DNA from: Eledone cirrhosa
Lineage: Eukaryota
NCBI GenBank assembly: GCA_964016885.1
Contig: OZ024741.1
Location: 23,374,001-23,438,000, forward strand
Reading direction: 5' to 3'
DNA length: 64,000 bases
In this document: positions 62,160 through 64,000 of the stretch, piece after piece
Layout: each line of letters opens with the position of its first letter
Position numbering within the stretch: the first letter of the stretch is position 1
Translations under genes and position numbers: made by a program
Notes under the pieces: model-generated
What the model saw: only the letters and a program-made list of their open reading frames with translations
Databases searched by the model: none
What the model was told of the DNA's origin: nothing

Positions 62160-62335
62160 GCCTCCCCAATGTTGCAATATTAAAGAAAATATAAAGGAAG
62201 GGGTTAACAACCGAGCCAACACCAGAGCAAAAGACAGCAACGTCGCGAGGAGTACTGGGCAACCTCTCTAATGATTTTTGAGGCAAGCCAGCACACTCGC
62301 AGCGTTGTCTCGGGTGACGGCCAGGCTGGTGCACA
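62160..62335 (-). mobile_element. CRE-like element extreme 3' fragment
   Basis: Minus strand encodes SLAVTRDNAASVLACL*, the CRE-type terminal motif. Confidence 0.55.
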
Positions 62336-62502
62336 CACACACACACATATATATATATTACTTCAAAATATTAATAAATATAGACATTCATATATATATG
62401 TGTGTGTGTATGTATGTATATATTTACACACACACCACTGACAGTGGTATTGTATATAACAATTGACCAATACAGTCGTGTATATATATATATATATATA
62501 CA

Positions 62503-64000
62503 CCCCATGTACGTCCAAAACTACGTGCTGCAGCTTCCTTGAATCGGAACTCAGCACAAGATGAAAGTTTCAGTCTGCGTGATGATGGGCAGATCTGGAG
62601 GTTTGTCAAGGCTGGTGAAACGTGGAAGAGAGATACCAGCTGGTCTGAGTGTGATCTACCCACAATAACTGGCGATGTAAAAACTGCTACAACTCTGGGA
62701 AACTAAACCAGAACAACCTGCCACCCTCTACACACCATCATAAACTGCGAGCAGGGTACAAATTGTTGTCCTTAAATGCTCGCAGTTTATGCAACAAGAT
62801 ACATCTGTTCGAATCCTACGTCAGAAGCATCGACCCTGACTTCATCACAGTCACGGAAACATGGGCACATTCCTTACTCTGTGATGGGGTTTTCACCATT
62901 ACTGGGTACAACCTTTTCCGCAAGGACCGCATTAACCGCCGTGGTGGTGGTGTGATGGTCTACGTTCGTTCAAACTTTTCGGTAATTCCTTGCGTTGATT
63001 TGAACGAATCACAGGAAGAAGTTTTTTTCTGTGACATACGTATGACCATGTCAACACTTCTGCTTGGTGTTGTTTATCGCCCCCCAAACTACCATCAGGA
63101 CACACAGCTTTGCGATATCCTCAGAGTTGCTGCCAAGAAAACAGCCACTTATGTGTTTATTGCAGGTGACTTCAATCATCCTGAGATCGATTGGGAAACC
63201 TTTCGTTGGCCACAGGGTGCAAACGATTTCCTTGAACTAGTGCTGGACTCAAACTGGTCACAAGTAGTCACCACTCCAACAAGAGGTGACAACACTTTGG
63301 ACCTGATCTTCACCACTACTCCTGAAGTGGTTATCAGTTGTACTACTGAGGAACCTCTAGGCGACTCTGATCATGCTATGATCATTGCCAATCTGGCACT
63401 TGAGGGCAGCAACAAAAACCAGAGCCATCTCCAATCTGCTTGCTTTGATTGGAAGAGGGCGGATTGGAACTTGTACTGCACTGAGCTACAGCGCCCAAAC
63501 TGGCATGAGATGTATAACTCTGGAGATGTGAACTCTATACTCCAGAGCATCCTGGACTCAATATTGATAGCGTCTGCAGCATCAGTGCCACGGAAGCGGA
63601 AAAATAACCACCCCAAAAGTGCAATCTGGGAAACTTCAGCGGTCCGACTTGCCAGGAAAGAACGTCGGAACGCTGAACGGGAATATAAACTGCATAGATC
63701 AGATGCCAACAGAAAAAAGCGGAATAAATCTTCTAACCATCTCAAGCAAGTGACAAAGAAGGCAGTGCTTGAATTTGAACAGTGCATCGCAACCAATCCT
63801 GACAGTAAGGTGTTCTGGAAATATGTTCATTCAAAGCAGAGACCTCACTCTCCAGTTGGTCCTCTTCGCAATCCCCACACAAGCCAGATCACTGACGATC
63901 CCAAGGAATGCACAGAACTCATTGCTGAGTGCTATGCAAGTATTTTTACGGTTGAAAACCAGAATGTACCATCTCCACCATCTCTAACATCAAATTCCAT
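62503..64000 (+). mobile_element. CR1-type LINE: ORF1 C-terminus (...TLGN*) plus ORF2 APE domain, running off the window
   Basis: Homologous to 26320-27652 in reverse complement; the frame from about 62765 (LSLNARS) appears open to the window end. Confidence 0.92.

Overview
AT-rich, repeat-dense animal genomic DNA. The SINE/LINE repertoire and (TA)n/(ATG)n microsatellites suggest a mollusc, probably an octopod cephalopod (inference). One protein-coding gene was reconstructed by hand on the minus strand: 14 GT-AG exons from the ATG at 36122 down to 1882, all phases compatible, giving 1756 nt (585 aa); its 3' end runs off the left edge. It encodes an M3A-family oligopeptidase A (OpdA/PrlC)-like protein with a mitochondrial-type presequence. 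Its zinc-binding site is non-canonical: HEXXH reads SEFGH and the third-ligand Glu is His, so it is a candidate pseudo-peptidase or has a rearranged metal site. The rest of the window is transposable elements: several RTE LINE subfamilies whose ORF carries a PHD-like finger, CR1-type LINEs, Tx1 and CRE fragments, two tRNA-derived SINE families, Helitron-like, mariner and piggyBac-like remnants. There are also tandem arrays visibly born from inside retroelements, a 5.5-kb GAA/GCA tract, two long hairpins and hammerhead-ribozyme-like motifs.
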